In this document: positions 7,889 through 16,375 of the stretch, piece after piece
Position numbering within the stretch: the stretch's first letter is position 1
Layout: each line of letters begins with the position of its first letter
Assembly: GCA_944391895.1 (NCBI GenBank)
Contig: CALXVF010000001.1
Location: forward strand, 1 to 43,514
Reading direction: 5' to 3'
Source: an uncultured Clostridia bacterium
GTDB lineage: Bacteria > Bacillota > Clostridia > TANB77 > CAG-508
Length of the DNA stretch: 43,514 bases
The notes under the pieces: generated by a model
What the model was told of the DNA's origin: nothing
The model's database searches: none
What the model saw: only the letters and a program-made list of their open reading frames with translations
Translations under genes and position numbers: made by a program

Positions 7889-9367
7889 CTATTGAGAATT
7901 AATATTTAGTCTATTTTTTATTATATTTTTGATATATTCAATTAAATCATCTTGATTTTCTTCTGTTATATTATCATTACCTGACATATATCTTAACGGA
8001 TATAAATTTTTTCCTTGTTTTATCCTTCCGTTATCGTCATTAATCGAAAATTGATGCAAGAAGAACTTCCCATCCTCATCCATTATTCTTTTTATTGTTT
8101 TATTTATCTCATTAATTTTATCAACAGAGTAGCCACTCGGTGCATACATAAACATAACTGAATTTATATCAACATCATTTAGTACTATAAACCCATTTTT
8201 TATTAATTTTTCAGCAAATTCTTTAGCCATTTCATGTCTTTTTTCTATTATCTTTCCTATATCTTTTACTCCAATATTTTTTATTACACACCATACTTTA
8301 AATGATAACCAACTTTTTGATCCGATAAATGGTGTTACTTGCCCAAATGCAAATGGTTCTTGCATAATTAAGTCTGATGTTGTAGTTATTAATTTTAAGT
8401 TTTCACTATTTTTTAAAAGTAACGCACTAACTGTATATGGTGTCATTAAAACTTTATGTGGATCTGTAGAAATGCTATCAAATTTTTCTATGCCGTTAAT
8501 TTTTTCTTTCATTTTTTCACTAAAACCTAATGAAAAGCCATGACAAGCATCTGCATGAAGCCAAATATTTTCATCATATTTTTTTACAATATCAGCTACT
8601 TTTTCTAAATTATCTATTGTCATACTTCGACTATCACCAACATATGCAACAACAGCCATAACTTTTCCAGCATTTTCTTTAATTGTTTTCTCTAATTCTA
8701 TTAAATCATACTTATAATTTTGTGTAGGAACTTCTAATACATTATCTCCACATCCTATCCACATCAAACTACTTTTTATACTATAATGACCTATTCCCTT
8801 TGGGATAATAACTTTAAACTCTTCTGGTCTTTTGATTCCTTCTTTCATAGTATTCTTTTTATGATTTTCTCTTGCTAATAACATTGCTATTGCATTACTA
8901 CCTGTTCCACCATAAGTTATAATTCCACCAACATCCCATATATTTTTTATATCCTTTTTATTTCTATATCCTACAATTCTTCTTAGCCATTGTATCAATG
9001 CAATTTCTATATATGTACCTATCGGCGCACAAAAACTAGCATTTATTAAATTTTGTTGTAAAAAATCCGTTAATAACGCACCCGAAATTCCTGCAATAGA
9101 ATTACCTGCATCTGGGAAACCCATAAAATTATTTGATGAGAAATTAGTACAATATGGTAAAATATCATCCTTTATTTCTTTAATAATATCATCCATGCTT
9201 TTTCCTTCTTCTGGTAATTGGAACAGTTGATTTTGAATTTTTTCAAAATCAACTGTTTTAAGTACAACCTCGTTTTTTAATTTGAACTCTATTCCTAAAT
9301 TGATAACTTCATTAAATATTCTTTCGGCATAATCTCTATTTTTCCTATTTAATACATTTTTATCCAT
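7889..9367 (-). CDS. Group II pyridoxal-phosphate-dependent amino-acid decarboxylase
   Basis: GGTGSNAIAMLLARE, HADACHGFSL and the PLP-lysine motif STDPHKVLMTPY (S-x-D-x-HK). Length 492 aa. Confidence 0.85.
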   Translation of the reverse strand: MDKNVLNRKNRDYAERIFNEVINLGIEFKLKNEVVLKTVDFEKIQNQLFQLPEEGKSMDDIIKEIKDDILPYCTNFSSNNFMGFPDAGNSIAGISGALLTDFLQQNLINASFCAPIGTYIEIALIQWLRRIVGYRNKKDIKNIWDVGGIITYGGTGSNAIAMLLARENHKKNTMKEGIKRPEEFKVIIPKGIGHYSIKSSLMWIGCGDNVLEVPTQNYKYDLIELEKTIKENAGKVMAVVAYVGDSRSMTIDNLEKVADIVKKYDENIWLHADACHGFSLGFSEKMKEKINGIEKFDSISTDPHKVLMTPYTVSALLLKNSENLKLITTTSDLIMQEPFAFGQVTPFIGSKSWLSFKVWCVIKNIGVKDIGKIIEKRHEMAKEFAEKLIKNGFIVLNDVDINSVMFMYAPSGYSVDKINEINKTIKRIMDEDGKFFLHQFSINDDNGRIKQGKNLYPLRYMSGNDNITEENQDDLIEYIKNIIKNRLNINSQ

Positions 9368-9369
9368 AT

Positions 9370-10506
9370 TTACCCTTCCTTATTACATCTGTAACATTGA
9401 TGATTATTCATTAAGCACATTGGATCCTTTCCTAGAATATCATTAGTTGCAATATATGCATCTGTTCTACATCCTCCACAAATAGAATTATATTTACAGT
9501 CAGAAAAATGTTCTCTTAATTTTTTCATTTCTTCTGATTGATTTAAAATATCTATTAATTTTTTTTCTTTTACATTTCCAAGTTTCACACCTGTATATCC
9601 TAATAATGGACATGGGCTAACATTTCCTTCATGATCTATTCCTACCCATTCAATTCCTGCGCTACATCCCCAATATCTTTTTAATCCATTTTTATCTGTT
9701 TTTGACACACTATTACAAGTTTGCAAATTTGGAATTAATGTATCTTGTTGTTCTACATCTTTTTTCATATATTCAGGTAATTGTTCATTATGTTTTTTTA
9801 TCTCTGATTCTATAATAAGAGCATATAATGGATCTTCTACCCTTATTCTTAAATTAGGTCTATTAATAGCTATATCAAAAATTTCTAATAATGCTTTTTT
9901 ATTTTCTTCTGGTGGCAAAGTTAGCCATTTATTATTCTCTCCTCTTCCCATAGGTCTAAACCTTTTAAAATTAATTACATCTGCACACATTTCACTTGCT
10001 AAGTCAACAAATTCTTTCAAATATTCTTTATTATAGTTTGTTATTGTCATATCAATTGTCACATAAATTCCAACATTTTTTAATCTTTTTGCAGCTAATT
10101 TGACTTTTTCTATTATATCTTTTCCTCCTCGAAAAGCGTCTTCTTTTTCAGGAATTGGATTACACACACTCATAGATACGCAATTCATTCCAACATCTTT
10201 TAACCTTTTTACATTTTCTTCTGTCATAAAAAGTCCGTTTGTACACATTGACATTTCTTTCTTGGCAATTTTTTTAGCTTCTTCTAAATATTCAAATAAG
10301 TTTGGACACATAAATGGTTCTCCACCAGAAATAAAAATCATATCAGGATTAATAGTTTTTATGGATTCGGCCATTTTTCTTATTTCGTCTTTTGATAATA
10401 TTTTTTCATCTCTAAACTCTGGCCCTGAATCTGGATAACAGTGTTTGCATTTTAAATTACAATCATTATTTATTATCCAAGAAACTGCTGCTATGTAATC
10501 AATCAT
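9370..10506 (-). CDS. Radical SAM enzyme with C-terminal SPASM domain (AhbD/NirJ/PqqE-like architecture)
   Basis: CNLKCKHC (CX3CX2C), SGGEPF, then C-terminal CSAG..G-NVSP-C ... CKYNSICGGCR ... DPMC. AAGGAGG SD upstream. Confidence 0.85.
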   Translation of the reverse strand: MIDYIAAVSWIINNDCNLKCKHCYPDSGPEFRDEKILSKDEIRKMAESIKTINPDMIFISGGEPFMCPNLFEYLEEAKKIAKKEMSMCTNGLFMTEENVKRLKDVGMNCVSMSVCNPIPEKEDAFRGGKDIIEKVKLAAKRLKNVGIYVTIDMTITNYNKEYLKEFVDLASEMCADVINFKRFRPMGRGENNKWLTLPPEENKKALLEIFDIAINRPNLRIRVEDPLYALIIESEIKKHNEQLPEYMKKDVEQQDTLIPNLQTCNSVSKTDKNGLKRYWGCSAGIEWVGIDHEGNVSPCPLLGYTGVKLGNVKEKKLIDILNQSEEMKKLREHFSDCKYNSICGGCRTDAYIATNDILGKDPMCLMNNHQCYRCNKEG

Positions 10507-10562
10507 AATTTTTCCTCCTTATTATTCAATTATCTCTATAATCTCTTATCTATCATGCTATT

Positions 10563-10591
10563 ATTATATCATTTTAGTTCTTATATGTAAA
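10563..10591 (-). promoter_or_regulatory. Sigma-A-type promoter candidate for the operon
   Basis: Minus sense reads TTTACA (10591..10586), a 17-nt spacer, then TGaTATAAT (extended -10, TATAAT at 10568..10563). It lies about 55 nt upstream of the ATG at 10506. Confidence 0.5.
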
Positions 10592-10627
10592 TAATTTTGA
10601 CGTTTTTTGACAATTTTTTCCGTTACG

Positions 10628-10646
10628 TCAAGTGAAAAGTTAAATG
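10628..10646. repeat. IS left terminal inverted repeat
   Basis: TCAAGTGAAAAGTTAAATG; its exact reverse complement is at 11624-11642. Confidence 0.75.
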
Positions 10647-10739
10647 CAATTCTGTAAATAGAAATTAGTCCTACATTTTTCTTTGTTGTACAACTTAATA
10701 TATATTTGCAAATGTTTTTGGTGGAATAGAGTATGAATT

Positions 10740-11514
10740 ATGATTGAAAAATGTAAGCAACTTACATTAAGTCAAAGAATTAAATTTGAAGAAATGTTAG
10801 ACCAAAAACACAGAGAATTTGAAATTGTTAATGAATTAGATAAAAGTCAATCCACTATTGCTAAAGAAGTCAATAAACATAAGAAGTTTAAGCCTCGCGG
10901 CCCTCTTAGAAATGACAATATGTACAATTGTAAATTTTTATTAATTGTGAAAAAAACCAAACTAAAAAAGCGTAAAGAGCCACAGAATTATGATGGAAGA
11001 ACATATTCCTATTCCCTTAACTACAAGGTTTTAAATCCTTATCTTCCTACTACTAAAATGGACACTGTATACAATAGTCAATCTGGCCCATATGTTCAAA
11101 CTTTTATATTTGAAAATGCTTGTTTTATGCTTGGCATACTATATATGGATAAAACTGCTGACTCTATGTCTACGACTTTAAGTATTTTTCAAGATATATT
11201 ATCTAATGAAGAATATAAAGAACTTTTTTCACTTTTACTTACAGATAGAGGTACTGAGTTTGGTAGAACTGACAATTTGAAATTAATATTGAAACAGGTG
11301 AAATTAGAAGTAAAATGTTCTACTGTGATTCGCTACAATCTAGTCAGAAACCTCATGTAGAAAATAATTATAACTTTATTAGATAAATTCAGTACTTAGA
11401 GAATCTTTAGGTAGTAAAACACCTTTTGAAGTATTGACTTTTATTTATGGTAAAAAAACACCAGATAAATTAAATATTCTTTTACTAAAGTCAAATATTA
11501 TTTCCTTTTACTGA
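10740..11514 (+). pseudogene. IS30-family transposase pseudogene (three frame fragments)
   Basis: Fragment 1 has an HTH-like N-terminus (LTLSQRIKFEEML..STIAKEVNKH) and DDE-region remnants (MDTV...LLTDRGTEF). Fragment 2, in another frame, reads MFYCDSLQSSQKPHVENNYNFIR*. Fragment 3 reads ESLGSKTPFEVLTFIYGKKTPDKLNIL. Roughly 100 aa between the HTH and the catalytic core are missing. Confidence 0.7.
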
Positions 11515-11623
11515 AAAAAATTAAATTTTGTTATGCATATTGTTATTACTTTTTCTAATTTTATAGAAAAGTAATATTTATACAAAAATATTGCCTTTAA
11601 GTTGCTTTTAATCATGCAAATTT

Positions 11624-11642
11624 CATTTAACTTTTCACTTGA
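11624..11642. repeat. IS right terminal inverted repeat
   Basis: CATTTAACTTTTCACTTGA; exact reverse complement of 10628-10646. Confidence 0.75.
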
Positions 11643-11666
11643 ACATTTTTTAATGTTGCAAAAATT

Positions 11667-12380
11667 TTAATTTTCAAAATAGTCCATTATTCCATTATAA
11701 ATACCCCAAGCAAGCTTTTCTTGATATTCATCAGTTTGTAACTTCTTTTCTTCCTCTGGATTTGATAAAAATCCACATTCTACAATTGTAATAGGTATTT
11801 CCACATTTTTCATAATATATACGGTATTTAATGTATGAGGTGTCCTTTTATTATTATCTGAAATAGACGAATTTAAACTTAGTTGTATACTAGTTGCTAA
11901 TTTTTTAGAGTCTTCATTACCATTTTTATAAAATGTTTGCCAACCCGAATAACTACTATCTGAAATTTTATTTAAATGTATAGATACAAATACATCTGCT
12001 GATGAACTATTTCCTATTTTTACTCTATTCTTTATATCTGAAACCTTTTTTTGTGCAATTGTTTTAGCATCTATTTCATAAATTGAATTATCATCTGACC
12101 TAGTTAAAATTACTGTAGCTCCGCTACTTTCTAATAATTTTTGAATTTTTAAAGTAATTTTTAAGTTTAGCGGTGCTTCTAATGTTCCAGATGTACTTTC
12201 TGCCCCTTCATCAGGTGTCCCATGCCCAGCATCAAGTATTATAACCTTATTAGTTACTGGTAATGACATTACTGGAATGATTTCAACAGGTTTTAATCTC
12301 CTTGCAGAATAAAAAAATACTGATAGAAAAACACAACAAGTAATAATTGTAGCTCTTTTTATATTTTTACTTTTTAACAT
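11667..12380 (-). CDS. cwlD: N-acetylmuramoyl-L-alanine amidase, CwlD-like (germination-specific)
   Basis: N-terminal membrane anchor, then ILDAGHG..DEGA, FVSIHLN and VECGFLSNPEE motifs of the Amidase_3 family. Size and layout are typical of CwlD. Confidence 0.8.
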   Translation of the reverse strand: MLKSKNIKRATIITCCVFLSVFFYSARRLKPVEIIPVMSLPVTNKVIILDAGHGTPDEGAESTSGTLEAPLNLKITLKIQKLLESSGATVILTRSDDNSIYEIDAKTIAQKKVSDIKNRVKIGNSSSADVFVSIHLNKISDSSYSGWQTFYKNGNEDSKKLATSIQLSLNSSISDNNKRTPHTLNTVYIMKNVEIPITIVECGFLSNPEEEKKLQTDEYQEKLAWGIYNGIMDYFEN

Positions 12381-12462
12381 ATACTATCCTCCGGTTTAAT
12401 TACAGTATATGAATCTTTTTTTGAAATATGATATATCTATTTGAGGCTTTATTATAACTCAT

Positions 12463-12541
12463 AAAAAAATTGTATATTTAAAATTTTATAGTTACTTTTA
12501 GTTTAGGAAACAAGTAACCTTAAATTTTAAAATATACAATT
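12463..12541 (-). terminator. Long AT-rich hairpin terminator candidate after the AI-2E permease gene
   Basis: AATTGTATATTTAAAATTT pairs with AAATTTTAAAATATACAATT (19 bp, one bulge). It encloses an inner GTTACTT/AAGTAAC stem, and a T-run follows in the minus sense. Confidence 0.4.
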
Positions 12542-12571
12542 TCTATTAATTCTTAAATTTTTTCCACTTTT

Positions 12572-13732
12572 TTATTCATCTTGTGGATAATTATCTATTC
12601 TAATTTTTTCTTTTTCTTTATTTCTACTATCTACAAAATCATCAACAATTACTTTCAATAATGTGAACAATGGTGCTGCTAGGAACATTCCTAAAACTCC
12701 TCCATATGCTCCACCAACTGTTACAGCAAACATTATAAGTAATGGACTTACCTTTAATGATGAACTTGTTATTCTTGGATTAATAAGGTTTGCATCAATT
12801 TGTTGTAATATAATTACCACAATGGCCATTATTAAGGCTTGTTGCCATCCACCTGTAAGTAAAGTAATTATTATAGCAATTCCTACTCCAAATATTGCGC
12901 CAAAATATGGTATTAAGTTTGAAATACCTATTAATGTTCCAAGTAACACAGCGTATTTTACTCCCATTATACTCATAGCAATACTTGTTAATATTGCTAT
13001 AATTATTCCATCTAACATTTGACTTGACAAATATCTAAAGAATATTCTATTTCCACTTGTGAAGTATTTATTAAATCTTTGATATCCTCTTTCTGTTAAC
13101 ACTGCTCTTGCAAATCTATTTAAAAAGTTTATTATTCTTGTTCTTTGAGCTAATATATATACAGAGCAAATAATAGCAATAAATAAGTTGATTACTCCTC
13201 TTATAAAGCCCATTGCAGATGAAAGATATTCTTTTATCATATCAAAAGTAAATAAACTTTCAAAGTCTATATTTTGTATCCAGTCAACTACTGGTTTTAA
13301 AATATTTTCTTGTATAAATGGTGTTATTGTTAAATCTGGGCTATCGGATATAACTGAGTTATAATAAGTTTGAACATTACTTATTAAATCAGATATACTT
13401 GCTGCTAATATTGGTATAATTACATTCATAAACAATGCAATTAACGCTATTAAAAATATGTATGTTAATGTAATACTTGTACCTCTTGCATGCTTTACAA
13501 AGAATTTTATCTTTGTTTTCGATAACATTTTTTCTATTTTTTTACAAGGTATATATAAAATATATGCTATTAAAATACCTTCTAAAAATGGTGCTAAAAC
13601 ACTAAGTAGATTTGAAAACCAATTTCCTATTCCCGAAAAGTTATCCAATAGTTTATAAATTATTATTAATACCACACCTATTGAAACCCAATAAAACCAT
13701 CTTTTTGTACCTAATACTTTTTCTTTTTTCAT
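12572..13732 (-). CDS. AI-2E family transporter (PerM/YtvI-like permease)
   Basis: About 8 predicted TM segments. The conserved C-terminal block NLIPYFGAIFG...GGVLGMFLAAPL is typical of this family (formerly UPF0118). Confidence 0.8.
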   Translation of the reverse strand: MKKEKVLGTKRWFYWVSIGVVLIIIYKLLDNFSGIGNWFSNLLSVLAPFLEGILIAYILYIPCKKIEKMLSKTKIKFFVKHARGTSITLTYIFLIALIALFMNVIIPILAASISDLISNVQTYYNSVISDSPDLTITPFIQENILKPVVDWIQNIDFESLFTFDMIKEYLSSAMGFIRGVINLFIAIICSVYILAQRTRIINFLNRFARAVLTERGYQRFNKYFTSGNRIFFRYLSSQMLDGIIIAILTSIAMSIMGVKYAVLLGTLIGISNLIPYFGAIFGVGIAIIITLLTGGWQQALIMAIVVIILQQIDANLINPRITSSSLKVSPLLIMFAVTVGGAYGGVLGMFLAAPLFTLLKVIVDDFVDSRNKEKEKIRIDNYPQDE

Positions 13733-13775
13733 TTATAAAATTCCTTAAATAAATTTAGGTTTTTTAAAGTTTTAC

Positions 13776-14546
13776 CTATAAACCTTTTATATCCAATTCA
13801 ACTGGACAGTGGTCGCTACCCATTACATCTGTAAGTATTTTTGCATCTTCTATTTTATCTTTTAGAGACTCAGAAACTATAAAATAATCTATTCTCCAGC
13901 CTACATTTTTTTCTCTGGCATGAAACATATATGACCACCAAGAATACATGTCTGTTTTATCTGGATATTTATATCTAAAAGTATCTACAAATCCAGCATT
14001 TAAAAGATTTGTCATTTTATTTCTTTCTTTATCTGTAAATCCTGCGCTATTATGATTTGTAGATGGATTCTTTAAATCTATTTCTTCATGAGCAACATTT
14101 AAATCTCCGCAATATATTACTCCTTTTTTGCTTTTTAAAGATTCTAAATATGCTTTTATCTCATCTTCCCAAATCATTCTATAATCTAATCTTTCAAGTT
14201 CCCTCTTTGAATTTGGAGTATAGCAATTTACTAAAAAATATTTTTCAAATTCTAAAGTAATTACTCTTCCTTCTCCATCATGCTCTTCTTTACCTATACC
14301 ATAAGTTACATTCAATGGCTTTTCCTTTGATATAACACATGTTCCAGAATATCCTTTTTTAATCGCACTATTCCAATACACATATCTATCTTTGAAAATA
14401 TTGTTTATTTCATCCGTGATTTGGTCTTGTTGCATTTTTGTTTCTTGAAGGCATAATATATCTGCATCGATTTCTTTATATGCTTTTTCGAATCCTTTTG
14501 TTATTACTGCTCTTAATCCATTTACATTCCATGATATTAATTTCAT
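13776..14546 (-). CDS. xth: Exodeoxyribonuclease III
   Basis: MKLISWNVNGLRA, LCLQETK and a C-terminal SDHCPV motif. Start moved to the ATG at 14546 (GAGGT 7 nt upstream). Confidence 0.9.
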   Translation of the reverse strand: MKLISWNVNGLRAVITKGFEKAYKEIDADILCLQETKMQQDQITDEINNIFKDRYVYWNSAIKKGYSGTCVISKEKPLNVTYGIGKEEHDGEGRVITLEFEKYFLVNCYTPNSKRELERLDYRMIWEDEIKAYLESLKSKKGVIYCGDLNVAHEEIDLKNPSTNHNSAGFTDKERNKMTNLLNAGFVDTFRYKYPDKTDMYSWWSYMFHAREKNVGWRIDYFIVSESLKDKIEDAKILTDVMGSDHCPVELDIKGL

Positions 14547-14593
14547 TTCTTTTACCTCGCGCATATTATACCATGTTTTGCCTTATATGTAAA

Positions 14594-14631
14594 TAAAAAA
14601 ATCCAATAGCATAATAATATTACACTATTGG
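14594..14631 (-). terminator. Rho-independent terminator candidate after the G5-domain gene
   Basis: CCAATAG, a 15-nt loop, CTATTGG, followed in the minus sense by TTTTTTTATTT. Confidence 0.5.
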
Positions 14632-14638
14632 ATATATA

Positions 14639-15580
14639 TTAATACCATCCCTTTTTGCATGAATGATTCCATGCTGCTGATGGGCTTCCATATCTTGATT
14701 TAATATAATTTAGTCCCCAGTTGATTTGTGTTTTATAGTTTGTTAAATAGTCTGAACCAGCTGATGCCATTTTACTTGCAGGCAATGCTTGAGGTATTCC
14801 ATGTGCTCCTGAGCTTGAATTATGCGCTGCTGGGTTCCATCCACTTTCTTTATTCCATAGTTTTACTAAAGCTTGAAAGTCTGCATCAGACCATCCATAA
14901 TCAAAACATCTTTTTTCTGCATATGCTTGGTATTCTGCAACAGATCCTGTTACAATTCCACCTCTTGATGTAACTTGCTTTGTTCTAACTTCAACTATTT
15001 TATCTACTGGCTCTTTTATTACTTCTGATGAAATTTCTGTTTTTTCAATTTCTGTACCAGATTGATATCTTATTTTATATGTTACCCTTTTTAGACCATT
15101 AGATCCACTTTGTACTACTCTATTTTGAGTTGCATAACTTCCATTTGATACGTCTTTTGTTATTGTTTCAAAAGGTATTTCAACTTCTTCTGTTACTACT
15201 TTTTCTACAATTTGTGTATAGCTTGCTAATATTTCTTCTGCTGTCATATAAGAAGTGTCATCTGTTTGTTTTGCACCTTTTGTTATAGTAATTGTTTTAT
15301 TATCTGATAATTCTTCATCAATATTTGGTGTAACAGTTTCATCGTCTAATACAACAATATGATTTTCTGCTAAAATATCTGATATTTTTGTACTTGTTGT
15401 CATAACATCCATTTCGTATCCGCTTGAAAGTAATATTTTAACAGATGTAAGCTTTTGACTTGTAGCCATAACGCTCATCATACCAGCTAGTATTAAGAAA
15501 ATTATTGTTATTATGAAAATTTTCTTGAGCGAAATAGTTGCTTTCTCTTGCTTATTTTGTTTACTTATTCGTTTCCTCAT
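14639..15580 (-). CDS. YabE-like cell-wall protein: membrane anchor, DUF348, G5 domain, C-terminal lytic-transglycosylase-like (Apf-type) domain
   Basis: G5-type segment VEIPFETI..VVQSGSNGLKRVTYKIRYQSGTE. C-terminus LWNKESGWNPAAHNSSSGAHGIPQALPASKMASAGSDY..YGSP..AW. Start at the ATG at 15580 after AAAGGAGG. Confidence 0.7.
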   Translation of the reverse strand: MRKRISKQNKQEKATISLKKIFIITIIFLILAGMMSVMATSQKLTSVKILLSSGYEMDVMTTSTKISDILAENHIVVLDDETVTPNIDEELSDNKTITITKGAKQTDDTSYMTAEEILASYTQIVEKVVTEEVEIPFETITKDVSNGSYATQNRVVQSGSNGLKRVTYKIRYQSGTEIEKTEISSEVIKEPVDKIVEVRTKQVTSRGGIVTGSVAEYQAYAEKRCFDYGWSDADFQALVKLWNKESGWNPAAHNSSSGAHGIPQALPASKMASAGSDYLTNYKTQINWGLNYIKSRYGSPSAAWNHSCKKGWY

Positions 15581-15812
15581 AAAACCTCCTTTAAGTAACA
15601 CAAGTATTATTATAACATCTTTTATTAAATATGTCAAATTAGGTCTTAATTTCCAGTTTTGCTTACGGCTCAAAGGCTTTTATTTTCAAGTTACATAATA
15701 TTTTTGTTTTAATCACTGAAAACAAGCCATATTATATTTTTTACTTTTTTACTTGTTAATTTTTTCATATTATGATATATTAATAATATATAATATGAAA
15801 AAGGAGGATATT

Positions 15813-16370
15813 ATGGGCTGGATTATTTTAGCAATTGTAGTTGTAATTGCTATTATACTTGTTGTCATATACAATAATTTAGTTACATTAAGACAACGTG
15901 TACAAAACGCATGGAGTCAAATAGATGTTCAACTACAAAGAAGATTTGATTTAATTCCTAATTTAGTTGAGACTGTAAAAGGATATATGAAACATGAAGA
16001 GTCAACTCTTACTAAAGTAACTGATTTACGTTCTTCATGGGCAAAAGCATCAACTGTAGAAGAAAAGGCTAATCTAGATAATGCTCTTTCTGATACTTTA
16101 AAAACTATTATGGCTGTTGCTGAGAATTATCCTGATTTAAAAGCTAATCAATCATTTAATGCTATGCAAGCAGAACTTTCTGAAACAGAGAATAAAATTG
16201 CTTATTCAAGACAGTTTTATAATGATACAGTTACAATGTATAATACTAAATTAGAGACATTTCCTTCTAATTTAGTAGCAAATATGTTTGGATTCAAAGC
16301 ATCTACATTATTTAATGTAGATAATGAAGAAGCTAAAAAAGCTGTAAAAGTAGATTTTGGAAATAACTAA
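15813..16370 (+). CDS. lemA: LemA family protein
   Basis: N-terminal TM segment, then [42 protein letters not shown] at 15813 follows AAGGAGG. Confidence 0.85.
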   Translation: MGWIILAIVVVIAIILVVIYNNLVTLRQRVQNAWSQIDVQLQRRFDLIPNLVETVKGYMKHEESTLTKVTDLRSSWAKASTVEEKANLDNALSDTLKTIMAVAENYPDLKANQSFNAMQAELSETENKIAYSRQFYNDTVTMYNTKLETFPSNLVANMFGFKASTLFNVDNEEAKKAVKVDFGNN

Positions 16371-16375
16371 TTTAA

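Larger units (their letters stand above)
10628..11642 (+). mobile_element. Decayed IS30-family insertion sequence (internally deleted, frameshifted transposase, intact terminal inverted repeats)
   Basis: A perfect 19-bp terminal inverted repeat, TCAAGTGAAAAGTTAAATG, at 10628-10646 and reverse-complemented at 11624-11642, brackets the transposase fragments. Confidence 0.7.

Noticed and set aside
493-10506. Reading the radical-SAM, nucleotidyltransferase and Nudix genes as an anti-phage defence system (viperin-like or CBASS-like)
   Set aside because: The radical SAM enzymes have SPASM/twitch and B12-binding architectures rather than the viperin type. The NTase is a minimal Pol-beta domain fused to an aminotransferase, not a cGAS/DncV-like enzyme. 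There is no effector such as a nuclease, TIR domain, pore-former or phospholipase. Two PLP enzymes and a phosphatase fit metabolism better.
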